Shown here: one piece after another, positions 30,475 to 41,828 of the stretch
How the letters are laid out: every line of letters starts with the position of its first letter
How positions within the stretch are numbered: the stretch's first letter is position 1
DNA from: an uncultured cyanobacterium
Lineage (GTDB): Bacteria; Cyanobacteriota; Cyanobacteriia; CAKZMO01
Length of the DNA stretch: 64,000 nucleotides
Assembly (NCBI GenBank): GCA_963719515.1
Contig: CAVRCJ010000010.1
Location: 544,001-608,000, forward strand
Direction of reading: 5' to 3'
Translations under genes and position numbers: made by a program
Notes under the pieces: generated by a model
The model's input: the letters and a program-made list of their open reading frames with translations, nothing else
Database searches by the model: none
Told to the model about the DNA's origin: nothing

Positions 30475-32070
30475 TTAAACGGGTGCTGGCTCAGCCAGAG
30501 TTTCCAGCATCAGCTTCGAGCGTTTCATTGCCATCGGCACCTCAATGGGGTATTCACCCGTAAAGCAGGCCGAGCAAAAGCGATCGCGGTTCTGGCGGGT
30601 TTCGTCCAGCATGCCCTCCCAGCTGAGGTAGGCCAAAGAGTCGGCTTCAACATGACGCTCAATTTCCTCCACCGGCTGTTTGGCGGCAATCAGCTGGTCT
30701 TGGTTGTCGGTGTCGATGCCGTAGAAACAAGGGTGGGTGACCGGCGGTGAAGAAATACGCATGTGGACCTCGGTCGCCCCGGCATCCCGCAGGGCTTTGA
30801 CGATTTTGCGGCTGGTGGTACCGCGCACTACCGAGTCATCAATGATGACAATCCGCTTACCGACTAGCACATCCCGCAGCGGGTTGAGCTTCATGCGAAT
30901 GCCAGACTCTCGCATAGCTTGGGTAGGCTGAATAAAGGTGCGACCGACATAGCGGTTCTTGATCAGCCCTTCGGCATAGGGAATGCCGGAGGCCTCAGAG
31001 TAACCGATGGCGGCAGGAATGCCGGAGTCAGGGACGCCAATCACGAGGTCAACATCTACCGGAGACTCTTGGGCCAGTCGCCGCCCTAGCCGCATACGGT
31101 AGCTGTAGAGGGATTCGCCGTCTACAAGACTATCGGGCCGTGAGAAGTAAATCATCTCGAAAACGCAGAGCTTCCGGTCTGGAGCGTTCCACTGAATGGA
31201 TTTCAGCCCCTTATCGTCGATCCACACCAGCTCGCCGGGTTCGATGTCCCGTAGGTAAGTCGCGCCAATAATATCGAGGGCGCAGGTTTCAGAAGCCAAC
31301 ACATAGCGCTGGTCAGCGTTTGACCCCTCAGGACTATAGTGCCCTAGTCGTCCGAGCACCAGCGGACGAATGCCGTTGGGATCCCTTGCCCCCATGACGC
31401 CCGTCGGCGTTCCCATCACGAGACTGAATGCCCCACGACAGCGTTTGAGCGCGGCTGCGGTCGCCTCAATCCAGTCACTTCCTTGGGCGATCGCCTCAGC
31501 CACAGCTAGAGCGATCATCTCCGAATCTGTCGTGGTTTGTAGGTTGACGCTAGAGAGTTCCTGGCGCAGCTCATAGGCGTTGACCAAATTCCCGTTGTGG
31601 GCCAGCGCAAACGGACCTAGCTGAGTGTCGACGACGACGGGCTGAGCGTTTGACTGATGGCTCGACCCGGTGGTGGAGTAGCGAGTATGTCCAACGGCGA
31701 GCTCCCCCGGCAAGCCGCTGAGGACATCTTCGTTGAAGACCTGGTTGACCAGGCCAGAATTTTTGTGCAGGTGAACCACGCCATCGTCAAATGTGGCAAT
31801 TCCTGCAGCTTCCTGCCCTCGGTGCTGCAGCGCAAAGAGGCCAAAATAGGTGAGTTTGGCGACAGTCTCCTCCGGAGCGTATAGGCCAAAGACGCCGCAA
31901 GCCTCTTGGGGCTTCTCCCCTCTATCATCCATAGGATCAATCGCTACAGGCTTATTTTCTAGGGTACCGGTGGGTGAATCAAGCTCTAAACCACTGCTGA
32001 CGGAAGACGCTGAATGAGACGGCGGCTGTAATGGTGAAGTCATATCGGCATTGGTTGTAGTAGAGTACAC
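30475..32070 (-). CDS. purF: Amidophosphoribosyltransferase
   Basis: EACGVFG, LQHRGQE, GHTRYST, IIDDSVVRGTTS. Confidence 0.97.
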   Translation of the reverse strand: MYSTTTNADMTSPLQPPSHSASSVSSGLELDSPTGTLENKPVAIDPMDDRGEKPQEACGVFGLYAPEETVAKLTYFGLFALQHRGQEAAGIATFDDGVVHLHKNSGLVNQVFNEDVLSGLPGELAVGHTRYSTTGSSHQSNAQPVVVDTQLGPFALAHNGNLVNAYELRQELSSVNLQTTTDSEMIALAVAEAIAQGSDWIEATAAALKRCRGAFSLVMGTPTGVMGARDPNGIRPLVLGRLGHYSPEGSNADQRYVLASETCALDIIGATYLRDIEPGELVWIDDKGLKSIQWNAPDRKLCVFEMIYFSRPDSLVDGESLYSYRMRLGRRLAQESPVDVDLVIGVPDSGIPAAIGYSEASGIPYAEGLIKNRYVGRTFIQPTQAMRESGIRMKLNPLRDVLVGKRIVIIDDSVVRGTTSRKIVKALRDAGATEVHMRISSPPVTHPCFYGIDTDNQDQLIAAKQPVEEIERHVEADSLAYLSWEGMLDETRQNRDRFCSACFTGEYPIEVPMAMKRSKLMLETLAEPAPV

Positions 32071-32285
32071 GGCGAGTTGAGCGTGATGTCAATTCCGGCT
32101 CCATTAGCGGATGCTAGATAGCCTGCTGCCCTAGGTTGGCGATCGCTAAATAATCTATAAAGATTGAAATTTTGAGATTAAGAATTTGTTAACGCCGTAT
32201 CTTCACAATACCGTAACAAAGGTCATCATAGCGAGGGGACAGGTGCTTTGTGTCGACTTTAAGGCTTATACCGAATGCTGCCTCG

Positions 32286-34649
32286 CTACTGGGAAGCCTG
32301 AGCCATCCGCTGAGAAATAGCGCCGCGCCAGCTATTGCCCATAGCTTCCAAACTGGCGTCAACCAAGACCTTACCGTCGCTAGTGAGCAGCCGCAGCGGC
32401 TCGCCTTCGATGCCGACCTGTCCAAGGCGGGTCCAGTTATTGCCCAACTGGCTGGAGAGGTAAGCTTCCCAAGCCGCTGCCTGGTTCGCCAGCACCGAGA
32501 CGATAATCTTAGCGCCCCCCTCGCCAAACAGCAGGGTGTCCCAGCGTCGGTCCGTTTGGCCGCTATCGAGGGTAAGGCGGATGTCTGTGCCTCGCCCCCC
32601 GCTAAGACAGCATTCCGCCAAAGCGATCGCCAGTCCCCCTTCAGCGCAGTCGTGCGCCGACTGAATCCAGCGTTGCTGAATCCCTCGGCGACAGGCTTCT
32701 TGCACTGCTAGCTCGTTAGCAACATGCAGCTTGGGAGGCTGCCCCGCCACGGTGTGGTGAATGGCGGCCAAATACTCGGAGCCCCCCAACGTCAGTCCCC
32801 CCGAATCGATGGGCAGCGTCAGGTCCGTTCCTAAGATATAGATAGCATCGCCCTCCTGCCGCCAACCCTGGCCCCGCATCAGGGAAATTTGCGGCAGCAG
32901 GCCAACCATCCCCACAACGGGGGTAGGATAAATGGGCTGTGGTCGACCTTGAGAATCTAGGGTCTCATTATAGAGAGAGACATTGCCGCCCGTCACTGGG
33001 GTTTGAAAAGTTTGGCAGGCCTCCGACAGACCTCGACAGGCCTCAGCCAATTGCCAATAGCCCACCGGTTTTTCGGGACTGCCAAAGTTGAGGTTGTCCG
33101 TCACCGCCACAGGGTCAGCGCCAACGCAGCTGAGGTTGCGGGCCGCTTCCGCGACCGCCATTTTTGCCCCTTCGTAGGGATTGAGGTAAACGTAGCGGGC
33201 GTTGCAGTCCACCGTAGCGGCGACGCCCTTAGCCTCATCAGCGCGACTTGCGCCGCCCTCATCGCTCTGAGGCCGTATCCGCACGACGGCAGCGTCGGCG
33301 TCACCGGGAAACACCACCGTGTTGTTTTGCACTTGATGATCGTACTGGCGGTAGACCCATCGCTTGGAGGCGAGGGTGGGGGTATCGAGGAGGGCCAACA
33401 GGACAGTGGTCCAGCTCAGATGCTGGTTCCCTACCGCAATGCCATCAGCGTCAGCGGCGGGCAGCTTATCTTCCGTCCAGGCCCAGGCCTCTTGAGCATA
33501 GGCGGGTGGCTCTGCCAGCATCTCGCGGTGATAGATGGGGGTATTTTCTGACAAAGCCTTGGCGGGAATTTCAGCGGCGATCGCCCCTTGAAACAAAATT
33601 CGCACCACCGGCGCTTCGATAATGTGGCCCGCTACCACCGCCTGCAGCTCCCAACGATGAAAAATATCGATCAGCTCCTGCTCGCGCCCTGCCTCAGCAA
33701 CAAACAGCATCCGCTCTTGGGACTCAGAGAGCAGGTATTCGTAAGGAGTCATGCCGGTCTCCCGCACGGGGATGCGGTCTAGATCCAGCTCAATGCCTAC
33801 GCCTCCTTTCTCAGCGATCTCGGCGGTGGAGCAGGTGAGGCCGGCGGCTCCCATATCCTGGGCAGCCACGACAGCCCCAGTCTTGAAGGCTTCCAGGCAG
33901 GCTTCAATCAGCGATTTTTCTAAAAAAGGATCTCCCACCTGCACCGCAGGGCGATCGTCCAAGGAATTGTCGCTCAGTTCAGCGCTGGCAAAGCTAGCGC
34001 CCCCCATACCGTCTCGTCCGGTGGTCGATCCGACGTAGAGAACTGGGTTGCCGATACCGGAGGCTCCCGACTTGATAATCTCTGGGGTCTCCATCAGGCC
34101 TAGAGCCATGACGTTCACCAGTGGATTGTCGGAGTAGGCCTCATCAAAGTAGATTTCTCCTCCCACCGTAGGCACCCCAACGCAGTTGCCGTAGTGAGAG
34201 ATTCCCGCGATCACGCCGCTAAACAGCCGCCGCGATCGCCCGTCGTTGAGCGAGCCAAACCGCAGTGAGTTGAGCAGGGCCACGGGCCGCGCCCCCATAG
34301 TAAAGATATCCCGCAGGATGCCGCCAACCCCCGTCGCCGCTCCTTGAAACGGCTCCACCGCCGATGGATGGTTGTGGGACTCGATCTTGAACGCCAGGCG
34401 ATCGCCATCCCCCAGATCAATCACCCCAGCGTTCTCTCCAGGCCCCACCAAGACGCGATCGCCCGTCGTTGGAAATTGCGACAGCAGTGGGCGAGAGTTC
34501 TTGTAGCAGCAGTGCTCTGACCACATCACGCCAAACATCCCTAGCTCGGCGCGGTTGGGATGGCGACCGAGCCGCTGGACAATGTCGTCATATTCGTCGG
34601 GCTTGAGCCCTTCAGCAGCAATCTCATTCGGAGAAAATGGGGTAGACAT
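32286..34649 (-). CDS. purL: Phosphoribosylformylglycinamidine synthase subunit PurL
   Basis: [30 protein letters not shown]. Confidence 0.97.
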   Translation of the reverse strand: MSTPFSPNEIAAEGLKPDEYDDIVQRLGRHPNRAELGMFGVMWSEHCCYKNSRPLLSQFPTTGDRVLVGPGENAGVIDLGDGDRLAFKIESHNHPSAVEPFQGAATGVGGILRDIFTMGARPVALLNSLRFGSLNDGRSRRLFSGVIAGISHYGNCVGVPTVGGEIYFDEAYSDNPLVNVMALGLMETPEIIKSGASGIGNPVLYVGSTTGRDGMGGASFASAELSDNSLDDRPAVQVGDPFLEKSLIEACLEAFKTGAVVAAQDMGAAGLTCSTAEIAEKGGVGIELDLDRIPVRETGMTPYEYLLSESQERMLFVAEAGREQELIDIFHRWELQAVVAGHIIEAPVVRILFQGAIAAEIPAKALSENTPIYHREMLAEPPAYAQEAWAWTEDKLPAADADGIAVGNQHLSWTTVLLALLDTPTLASKRWVYRQYDHQVQNNTVVFPGDADAAVVRIRPQSDEGGASRADEAKGVAATVDCNARYVYLNPYEGAKMAVAEAARNLSCVGADPVAVTDNLNFGSPEKPVGYWQLAEACRGLSEACQTFQTPVTGGNVSLYNETLDSQGRPQPIYPTPVVGMVGLLPQISLMRGQGWRQEGDAIYILGTDLTLPIDSGGLTLGGSEYLAAIHHTVAGQPPKLHVANELAVQEACRRGIQQRWIQSAHDCAEGGLAIALAECCLSGGRGTDIRLTLDSGQTDRRWDTLLFGEGGAKIIVSVLANQAAAWEAYLSSQLGNNWTRLGQVGIEGEPLRLLTSDGKVLVDASLEAMGNSWRGAISQRMAQASQ

Positions 34650-34966
34650 GGCGATAGAGGCGGTGAGGGAACGCGGCGTTAGCAGCCCTTATTCTATCCC
34701 CTCGTGCCGTTGGGTTAGACGAATCGCAGCTGGTGTGAAACACCCTATCCAAAGCAGAAAAAAATCCGTTAGCGTATTCAGAATACTGTAGACAAAAGAG
34801 CACTTACGTGGCTATTGTGCAAATAGTTCGCTAGAGTGACGTTCCGTCAGCGCGTAACTCCGTAAAGTGTTCACATCGAAAAAGTTTTCACGCCGAAACT
34901 GATGAATTCAGGAATTGCTGATCTAACCGCTGAAGCAAGAGTGACTACTGTTTGACGGGGTATCCT

Positions 34967-35182
34967 ATGGCTGACTTCCACATCGATTTAGAGGCTCAAA
35001 TCCGCCACGCGCTCGATGTCGGTGAGGTCTCTCCAGCACTGGAGCGGTACCTGGTTTTGGCGAACCCCTGTACCGACCGCGAGCAAAAACTGCTGCAGCT
35101 GCTGCAGGATGCCGTTCAGAGCGGTCACGTGCGGCGGCTACCGAGAGCTCCCTCAGCTATGAATTGTCTAGGGAGCCGCTAG
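34967..35182 (+). CDS. Small cyanobacterial hypothetical protein
   Basis: IRHALDVGEVSPALE...LQDAVQSGHV pattern; ATG at 34967. Confidence 0.55.
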   Translation: MADFHIDLEAQIRHALDVGEVSPALERYLVLANPCTDREQKLLQLLQDAVQSGHVRRLPRAPSAMNCLGSR

Positions 35183-35850
35183 CCACGGCTTGATGCCTTA
35201 GTCTCGGCAGAGGGACAAAGATCACACAGCGCACAGCGATCGCAGGCGGGTTTACGGGCGTCGCACACCGCTCGTCCGTGATAGATCAGGCGGATAGACC
35301 AGTTCTCCCAGTCGGGCTGGGGCAGCAGCGGCATCAGGTCCCGCTCAATCTTAATCGGTGACTCGTGCTGAGTCAGCCCCAGCCGGTTACTCAGCCGCCT
35401 CACATGGGTATCGACCGTAACTCCCGCATTGACGCCGTAGGCGTGAGCCAGCACAACGTTAGCGGTCTTCCTGGCCACGCCAGGAAGGGTGAGCAGCTCC
35501 TCCATGGTTTTGGGCACCTCTCCCCCATATGCCTCCATAATGCGGCGGCAAGCCCCTTGAATGTTTTTGGATTTGTTGCGGAAAAACCCCGCGGAGCGCA
35601 CCATGGCCTCTAGCTCTGGTAGCTCAGCGGCAGCGAGGGCAGCGGCATCGGGGTAGCGAGAAAACAGAGCCGGGGTCACTTTATTGACCCGCTCGTCGGT
35701 ACATTGGGCCGACAGAATCGTCGCCACTAAAAGCTGCACTGGAGTCTCGTAGTCTAAAGAGCAGGGAGCCTCAGGGTACAGCGTCTTGAGGCGCGCCAAA
35801 ATCTCTAGCGCCCGCTGCTGTAGGGTGTGCTGGTGGGGTAAAGCTGTCAT
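35179..35850 (-). CDS. nth: Endonuclease III
   Basis: LSAQCTD, LPGVARKTAN (HhH), VDTHV, Cx6Cx2Cx5C 4Fe-4S motif. Confidence 0.96.
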   Translation of the reverse strand: MTALPHQHTLQQRALEILARLKTLYPEAPCSLDYETPVQLLVATILSAQCTDERVNKVTPALFSRYPDAAALAAAELPELEAMVRSAGFFRNKSKNIQGACRRIMEAYGGEVPKTMEELLTLPGVARKTANVVLAHAYGVNAGVTVDTHVRRLSNRLGLTQHESPIKIERDLMPLLPQPDWENWSIRLIYHGRAVCDARKPACDRCALCDLCPSAETKASSRG

Positions 35851-35876
35851 AACCCGCAGAAAAGGGACGGTACCTC

Positions 35877-35912
35877 AAAAGCAAGCGCTAGTCTCGAAAA
35901 ACTAGCGCTTGC
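35877..35912 (-). terminator. Intrinsic terminator after rseP
   Basis: gcaagcgctagt / actagcgcttgc stem followed by TTTT on the minus strand. Confidence 0.7.
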
Positions 35913-35921
35913 CTATCACAG

Positions 35922-37043
35922 CTATCGAAACAGCTTCTGAACCACATCGAGTTGGGTCGTGTCTCTCACGATCAAAAAGAGCCCTAAACCCAACAGCAGC
36001 AGCAGGCCCGTCTGCATGACGTTCTCTTGGAGCCGCTCGGGAAGCGGGCGACCGCGCACCCCTTCCACCAGCAAGAAGGCGAGCTGGCCGCCATCGAGGG
36101 CGGGTAAAGGCAGAATATTGATGATGGCGAGGTTGATGCTGATGATGGCGGCAAACGGAAACAGGCGAGAGGCATCGCGCTGAGCAAACTGGGCCCCCTG
36201 TTCCACGATCTTGACGGGGCCTGCCACCTGGTCTGCCACTTCCGAGAAGTTAGTGACGATAGAGGCTAATCCCTGAGCGGTTTGAACCAGCGTACTTTGA
36301 AACTCATTGGCCGCATAGCCCAACACCTCACCCGCCCCCTCGGGGCGGCGGTATTCGAGGGTGCCGTTGGGCGTTAGCCCAACGCCCACAATGGCCTTAT
36401 CTTGCTTTTGACTCTGCAGCGGCGTCATTTCCACATCCAGGGTGCGCTCGCCTCGCTGCATCGTAAAGGTCATGGGTTGATTCGGGCTCTCCTGAATCCT
36501 GTTCATCAAGGTTCGGGTGGCCTCTTCCCCTTCCCCAAGAGACTTCCCGTTGATGGCTAGGAAAATGTCGCCTTGCTTGATCCCAGCCTGCAGCGCCGGA
36601 GACTTAACGGTTTGTCCCTCGGGGGTAACGACCTCCGTCTGGATGCGGGGAACCAGGACGCCGGGTTCGTAGTTTAAGCTCTCAGGAATACCAACGCTCG
36701 TGAACTGAACCACAAACACCAAATAGGCAAAGACGAGGTTGGCAATCACGCCCGCGCTGATGACGATCGCCCGGTCAAGGATGGGACGGTTTTTGAGCAG
36801 ATCTCTGTCGCTGGGCGGAATCGTGCTCTCAGGGTCGTCATCTGGAAACCCAACGAAGCCACCCAGCGGGAACGCCCGCAGGGCATATTCGGTTGTCGCC
36901 CCCTGATAGCTCCACAAAACAGGGCCAAACCCAATTGAGAACCGATTAACGTGGATACCCTGCAGGCGGGCTGCCGCAAAGTGCCCCAGCTCGTGAACAA
37001 TGATCAAAAGCGCAAGAACTGCGATCGCCGCTAAGACAGACAT
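35922..37043 (-). CDS. rseP: RIP metalloprotease RseP (M50, PDZ)
   Basis: HELGH, PDZ-like region, NILPLPALDGG. Confidence 0.93.
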   Translation of the reverse strand: MSVLAAIAVLALLIIVHELGHFAAARLQGIHVNRFSIGFGPVLWSYQGATTEYALRAFPLGGFVGFPDDDPESTIPPSDRDLLKNRPILDRAIVISAGVIANLVFAYLVFVVQFTSVGIPESLNYEPGVLVPRIQTEVVTPEGQTVKSPALQAGIKQGDIFLAINGKSLGEGEEATRTLMNRIQESPNQPMTFTMQRGERTLDVEMTPLQSQKQDKAIVGVGLTPNGTLEYRRPEGAGEVLGYAANEFQSTLVQTAQGLASIVTNFSEVADQVAGPVKIVEQGAQFAQRDASRLFPFAAIISINLAIINILPLPALDGGQLAFLLVEGVRGRPLPERLQENVMQTGLLLLLGLGLFLIVRDTTQLDVVQKLFR

Positions 37044-37149
37044 AGCTGGTTTTGTCGTAAATATTACTCAATCTATTCATTCTAGCGGTCGCCCTAGCTT
37101 CCGGGGACGGTTGACCACCGCAAAGTCCGAAATCCCGCAGGCTATGCCC

Positions 37150-37425
37150 TCAATCCTCTAGGGGAATAGCGGTGACGTTGATGGTTGTCGTTGCCGCTTG
37201 ATCCTCATCGTCAAGGGTATGAGCTCCCTCAGCTGACGCCGTATTTTGCCCCAACAGCAGCCGAAAGACTTGTGACATCAAAAACGCCAGCACAACGAAA
37301 TCGTCGATCTGTCCTAAAATGGGCACAAAATCAGGGGATAGATCAAACGGGCTAACGACGTAGAGCAGACTAACTAGAAGGATGAGCCAGCGGTAGCTAG
37401 GAGATTGGAGCCAGCGGCGTTTCAT
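37150..37425 (-). CDS. YkvA/DUF1232-family membrane protein
   Basis: YVVSPFDLSPDFVPILGQIDD. Confidence 0.85.
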   Translation of the reverse strand: MKRRWLQSPSYRWLILLVSLLYVVSPFDLSPDFVPILGQIDDFVVLAFLMSQVFRLLLGQNTASAEGAHTLDDEDQAATTTINVTAIPLED

Positions 37426-37780
37426 GGTGAATGGCGTTGGAGGGTATAGCGGTGAGACGCCGGGGTTGCCGCTATACGCAATGCGGCATCTTTGAAAGGG
37501 GCATCTCCCCATCTTTCACTATAGGATTAGTTTCACCAGTAGGATTAGCTTGCTCGGTTGGAGGTCTGTTGGGCTGTGCGCGCTGGGTTGTGTGCGCCGA
37601 GTTGAGTTCACCGAGACTATGCGCCAGAAAACACATACGGCGCAAGACACATTCAACGACTGTCCCGACGGGGATACGATGGGGCTGGAAAGCGATTAAG
37701 ATTCATATGGTTGTGGTGGTTGCGGCTTAACCATGACCGACGTCGAGTGATTGGCTAGCACGGTTAACAGGAGGTGGCGG

Positions 37781-38563
37781 GTGAATATTGGGGAGCTATT
37801 TGTAAAAGGCGGGCCGGCAATGTGGCCTCTCTTGCTGCTGTCGGTTTTAGCAGTGAGCACGGTAATCGAGCGCGTATGGTTTTGGTCTAAGATCTTGACC
37901 CGTGAGCGCGAAATTGTGGGAAGAACGCTGGAAGCGGCCAGTCGCGATTGGCAATCCGCCAGAGATATCTCGCGGCGATCGCTCAAGCTACCGATTGGAC
38001 GCTTTTTGAACTCTGGCTTAGATCTTCAGGACCCTGACCCAGAGGTCTTTCAGCTGGCGCTACAGACTTCTGCCGACGAAGAGCTGGCCGCCATGCGTCG
38101 GGGAGACAAAATCCTAGAAACCGTGATTGCCCTGTCGCCGCTGCTAGGTCTTTTGGGAACAGTGTTAGGTCTGATCAATTCTCTGGGCGCTATTCGCATC
38201 GGCGACATTGTTTCAGGGTCCAACGTTGAAGTAACTCTCGGAATTTCAGAGGCGTTGGTCAGCACCGCCTTTGGCCTAATTGTGGCGATTGTAAGTCTTG
38301 CGTTCTACCGCATCTTTCAGGGACTAATCACGGGACAAGTTAAGGTGTTTCGGCGGGCGGCCAACGAGCTAGAGCTGCTTTATCGAAAAAACTGGTCCCG
38401 TCAGCAGCGCTACGGCACTGTCTCCGGCGGCATATCCTCAAAATCCGGGGCACGCCCTGTCCCTGACGCGACCGTGACAGATGCCTCCAGCACAGGCCCG
38501 TCCAGCGCCAACGCTCCCAGCACATCGACTTCAAAGCCCCCAACCCCCAATCCTTCGACCTAG
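37781..38563 (+). CDS. exbB: MotA/TolQ/ExbB proton channel protein
   Basis: AGGAGG then GTG; SPLLGLLGTVLG, GISEALVSTAFG. Confidence 0.9.
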   Translation: MNIGELFVKGGPAMWPLLLLSVLAVSTVIERVWFWSKILTREREIVGRTLEAASRDWQSARDISRRSLKLPIGRFLNSGLDLQDPDPEVFQLALQTSADEELAAMRRGDKILETVIALSPLLGLLGTVLGLINSLGAIRIGDIVSGSNVEVTLGISEALVSTAFGLIVAIVSLAFYRIFQGLITGQVKVFRRAANELELLYRKNWSRQQRYGTVSGGISSKSGARPVPDATVTDASSTGPSSANAPSTSTSKPPTPNPST

Positions 38564-38624
38564 ATCAGCCTACGCCCTGACTGCCAGATTCCCCTACCGC
38601 CGCTAGATATAGCCGCCAGACGCG

Positions 38625-39188
38625 ATGAGAACTAACTGGGATACCCCATCAGAAGACGTCCGAATTGAAATTCTGCCGCTAATCGACGTCATCTTTTGCA
38701 TTTTGACCTTCTTTATCCTGGCGGCTGTGACGCTGACGCGCCAGTCGACCATTGGCGTCGATTTGCCCCAGGCCCAGACCGGAACGACGCAGATGCGGGA
38801 GATGCTGATCGTCAGCGTTGACCCTATCGGACAGCTGTATTTGGAGCAAGATCCAATCAGCGAGGCAGAGCTGACCCAGGCTTTAAGCGACTATTTATCG
38901 CTGACTCCGGAGGGCATCGTGGTGCTGTACGCCTCTCGGCTGGCCCAGTATAACGACGTGGTTGAGGTGTTGGATCTGCTGCGCTCGATTGGCGGTGAGC
39001 GCATTGCCCTGGCAACCCTGCCGGAGACCGGGCAGCCCACTTCTGCTGAGACTGGACTGCCTGACATCGAGACGTTTGACCTGGATTTAGATTTGGACAC
39101 CGAAGGGCTAGACCTACCCGAGCTGCCCGGCGGTGATGTGGAGGGCAATGCTGGAAGCGAGCAGAATGCAGGTCAGCCGCCGCAATAG
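38625..39188 (+). CDS. exbD: ExbD/TolR biopolymer transport protein
   Basis: ILPLIDVIFCILTFFIL, VDLPQA. Confidence 0.9.
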   Translation: MRTNWDTPSEDVRIEILPLIDVIFCILTFFILAAVTLTRQSTIGVDLPQAQTGTTQMREMLIVSVDPIGQLYLEQDPISEAELTQALSDYLSLTPEGIVVLYASRLAQYNDVVEVLDLLRSIGGERIALATLPETGQPTSAETGLPDIETFDLDLDLDTEGLDLPELPGGDVEGNAGSEQNAGQPPQ

Positions 39189-39228
39189 ACTAGGTTTGTA
39201 GGCCTAGCGTTTTAGGCTTTTTCAAAGC

Positions 39229-40014
39229 TCAAGCGGTTTTGAAAAAGCGAATAATTTCGCGGACCCGGTCAAGAAACTGACTGTCTTCATTGAGCTGGGC
39301 AATGGCGCTGCGAGCCTCGGCAGCGATATGCTCGTGGGATTGGGCGTTCGTAGCTTTCAGATGCTCATGGGCGGCGGTAAGTTGAGCGATATCTTGCTGG
39401 AGACGCTCCAGGCTGCGCTGCTGCCTGGACACCCATGAGCTAGCGTCCTCTGGGTCAAGCTGCAGCGCTATGGTCTCTTGCCGGTGGCTCAGCGTCTGGA
39501 CCTGGTGTCGCAGCTCGACGACGTCTTCGCGAGGGTAGGTCAGCCCTTTGCCAATGCTGGTCAGGCGCTGCATCAGGTATCGATACGAGGCGATCGCTGG
39601 CCGTAACCCCGTTAAAAGTATTGCGACAGCCGAGCTCAGATAGCCGATAGCACTCACCCCTGTGGCCGAGAGAAGATAGAGGGCGATCGCCGAGGCAAGA
39701 TGCAGGCCCAGAGCTGTGATCAGCACCCGCCGCTGAACTTTGTTCACGTAGTCACAGGCGCGCTCGTCTACTTCGATATCTCTTTGGCGAGAAATTTCGG
39801 CCTCTGTCAGCACGGCTCTAGCGCTGAAATAGAGGTTCCAAGGAACGGTGGTGATGACAATTAGCCACCAAAAGCTAACTGCTGCAATAAGCCAATCAAA
39901 AAAGTTTCCCGTCGGAACATTTAGCAGGTTTAAAAGGCCAAAGGTTAAAAGGGCGAGCAGGGTCCAAACAACCGTAAATCCCGTAAATCCGGAAACTTCT
40001 CGCGCTAAATTCAT
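39229..40014 (-). CDS. Hypothetical membrane protein with C-terminal coiled coil
   Basis: Four hydrophobic segments followed by a heptad-rich tail. Confidence 0.7.
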   Translation of the reverse strand: MNLAREVSGFTGFTVVWTLLALLTFGLLNLLNVPTGNFFDWLIAAVSFWWLIVITTVPWNLYFSARAVLTEAEISRQRDIEVDERACDYVNKVQRRVLITALGLHLASAIALYLLSATGVSAIGYLSSAVAILLTGLRPAIASYRYLMQRLTSIGKGLTYPREDVVELRHQVQTLSHRQETIALQLDPEDASSWVSRQQRSLERLQQDIAQLTAAHEHLKATNAQSHEHIAAEARSAIAQLNEDSQFLDRVREIIRFFKTA

Positions 40015-40336
40015 CGTGTTTTTCCTCATCCAATGACCCAGTTCTAATCGCTTTAGCTTGATGGTTGAGAGGCCCTTGTGCAGGTTGAGACTTTGGGAGC
40101 CGTGACCGGACGCAGACCCGCATGAGGGCGGGCTAGAATCATTGCAGACCGGCGACGGACCATAGAGCGGCCGTTTCGCCAAATTAAGCTCGTTTTTGAG
40201 TTTGGAGAAGCCTGGAGAAAAACTCCGGAAACCTGCTCCGGGCTTAGAGTAATGCTTCAAGCAGCTCACCAGAAGCTGTTTGCAAACCTTGTATCGCAAG
40301 TCAGGCCTCTTCTTTAGGTTTTTAAAGCTCACTACT

Positions 40337-41788
40337 ATGGTTCAACCTGTTTCGAGACGGGGTCTCAAGCCTCCAAGCCGCGCCAAAGCGTCAGCGGCAG
40401 TCTGGCCTCCCTCACAAAAAGTATTGGGGGCGATCGCCCGCACCGTTTCAAAGTCCTCCTGGCGCTGGCTCGCGACTGTTCCTCTCGTAGCTTTGATTGT
40501 TGGACTGTGGAGTCTTTCAGCGACGGCCCAAGAAGAGCCGCTCACGCCTGAATATGTGAAGGGACTGCTAGACACGATTTGGGTGACCATTGCCGCCATC
40601 TTGGTCATCTTTATGAACGCGGGATTTGGCATGCTGGAGACAGGGTTTTGCCGTCAAAAGAACGCCGTCAACATTTTGTCTAAAAACCTCATTGTGTTCG
40701 CGCTAGCGACCCTTGCATTTTGGGCCGTTGGGTTTTCCCTCATGTTTGGAAATGGGGGAGCAATTGTCGGCGGCGGCGGCTGGCTTCTATCGGGAGACGC
40801 CGGCAACTATGGTCTCGAACCCTTTCCTTCTGGGTTGCCGGTGGCGGTGTTTTTTCTGTTTCAGGCGGCCTTTGCTGGAACATCGGCCACGATTGTATCG
40901 GGAGCTGTCGCCGAGCGAATTCACTTCATGGCCTTTTTCATCTTCAGCCTGCTGCTGACGGGGCTGATCTATCCCACGGTGGGGCACTGGGTCTGGAGCA
41001 ATAACAGCTGGCTCACCGATGCCGGCTTCGTAGACTTTGCCGGTTCCACCGTTGTCCATTCCGTTGGGGGCTGGGCCGCTTTGGTGGGGGCTATTGTCCT
41101 AGGGCCCCGCATTGGTAAATATCAAGACAACCAGCCCATCGCGCTGCCGGGGCATAATCTTAGTCTGGCCATGTTGGGGGGACTCATTCTTTGGGTGGGC
41201 TGGTTTGGCTTCAACCCGGGATCAGAGCTCGCCGCGACTGAAAACGTTCCCTACATTGCCGTAGTCACCAATCTGGCCGCTGCCGCTGGCGGACTAGCCG
41301 CCACTGTCACCTCTTGGATGATGTTTGGTAAACCCGATCTATCGATGTCCATCAACGGCGTGCTGGCAGGCCTGGTTGCCATCACTGCCGGTTGCGCCGG
41401 AGCCTCGTTTTTAGGCGCGGTGAGCATCGGTACTGTCGGCGGCATCGTCGTCGTATTTTCAGTGCTGTTTTTTGACAACATCAAAGTTGATGACCCCGTA
41501 GGCGCACTTTCCGTTCACCTGGTCAACGGCATTTGGGGCACCATAGCGGTAGGCCTATTTGACACTGAGGCTGGCCTATTCTACGGCGGCGGCGTCAATC
41601 AGCTCTTTGCTCAGATTCTGGGCATCATAGCCGTAGGCCTATTTGTGTCGGCGATGTCTGCTGCTATCTGGGTTGCCTTAAACCTTACCCTTGGCATCCG
41701 AGTCTCCAAAGAAGATGAACTCCTCGGCCTCAGCATTGCCGAACACGGCATGGAAGCTTACACCGGCTTTGTCCCAGAGGAAGACTAG
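40337..41788 (+). CDS. amt: Ammonium transporter (Amt family)
   Basis: [45 protein letters not shown]. Confidence 0.95.
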   Translation: MVQPVSRRGLKPPSRAKASAAVWPPSQKVLGAIARTVSKSSWRWLATVPLVALIVGLWSLSATAQEEPLTPEYVKGLLDTIWVTIAAILVIFMNAGFGMLETGFCRQKNAVNILSKNLIVFALATLAFWAVGFSLMFGNGGAIVGGGGWLLSGDAGNYGLEPFPSGLPVAVFFLFQAAFAGTSATIVSGAVAERIHFMAFFIFSLLLTGLIYPTVGHWVWSNNSWLTDAGFVDFAGSTVVHSVGGWAALVGAIVLGPRIGKYQDNQPIALPGHNLSLAMLGGLILWVGWFGFNPGSELAATENVPYIAVVTNLAAAAGGLAATVTSWMMFGKPDLSMSINGVLAGLVAITAGCAGASFLGAVSIGTVGGIVVVFSVLFFDNIKVDDPVGALSVHLVNGIWGTIAVGLFDTEAGLFYGGGVNQLFAQILGIIAVGLFVSAMSAAIWVALNLTLGIRVSKEDELLGLSIAEHGMEAYTGFVPEED

Positions 41789-41828
41789 CGCGCCGGTCTG
41801 ATGCCGCACCGCTTCAATTTCTGGGCGC

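Noticed and set aside
34774..34786. NtcA site GTATTCAGAATAC
   Set aside because: Spacer is 7 nt rather than 8
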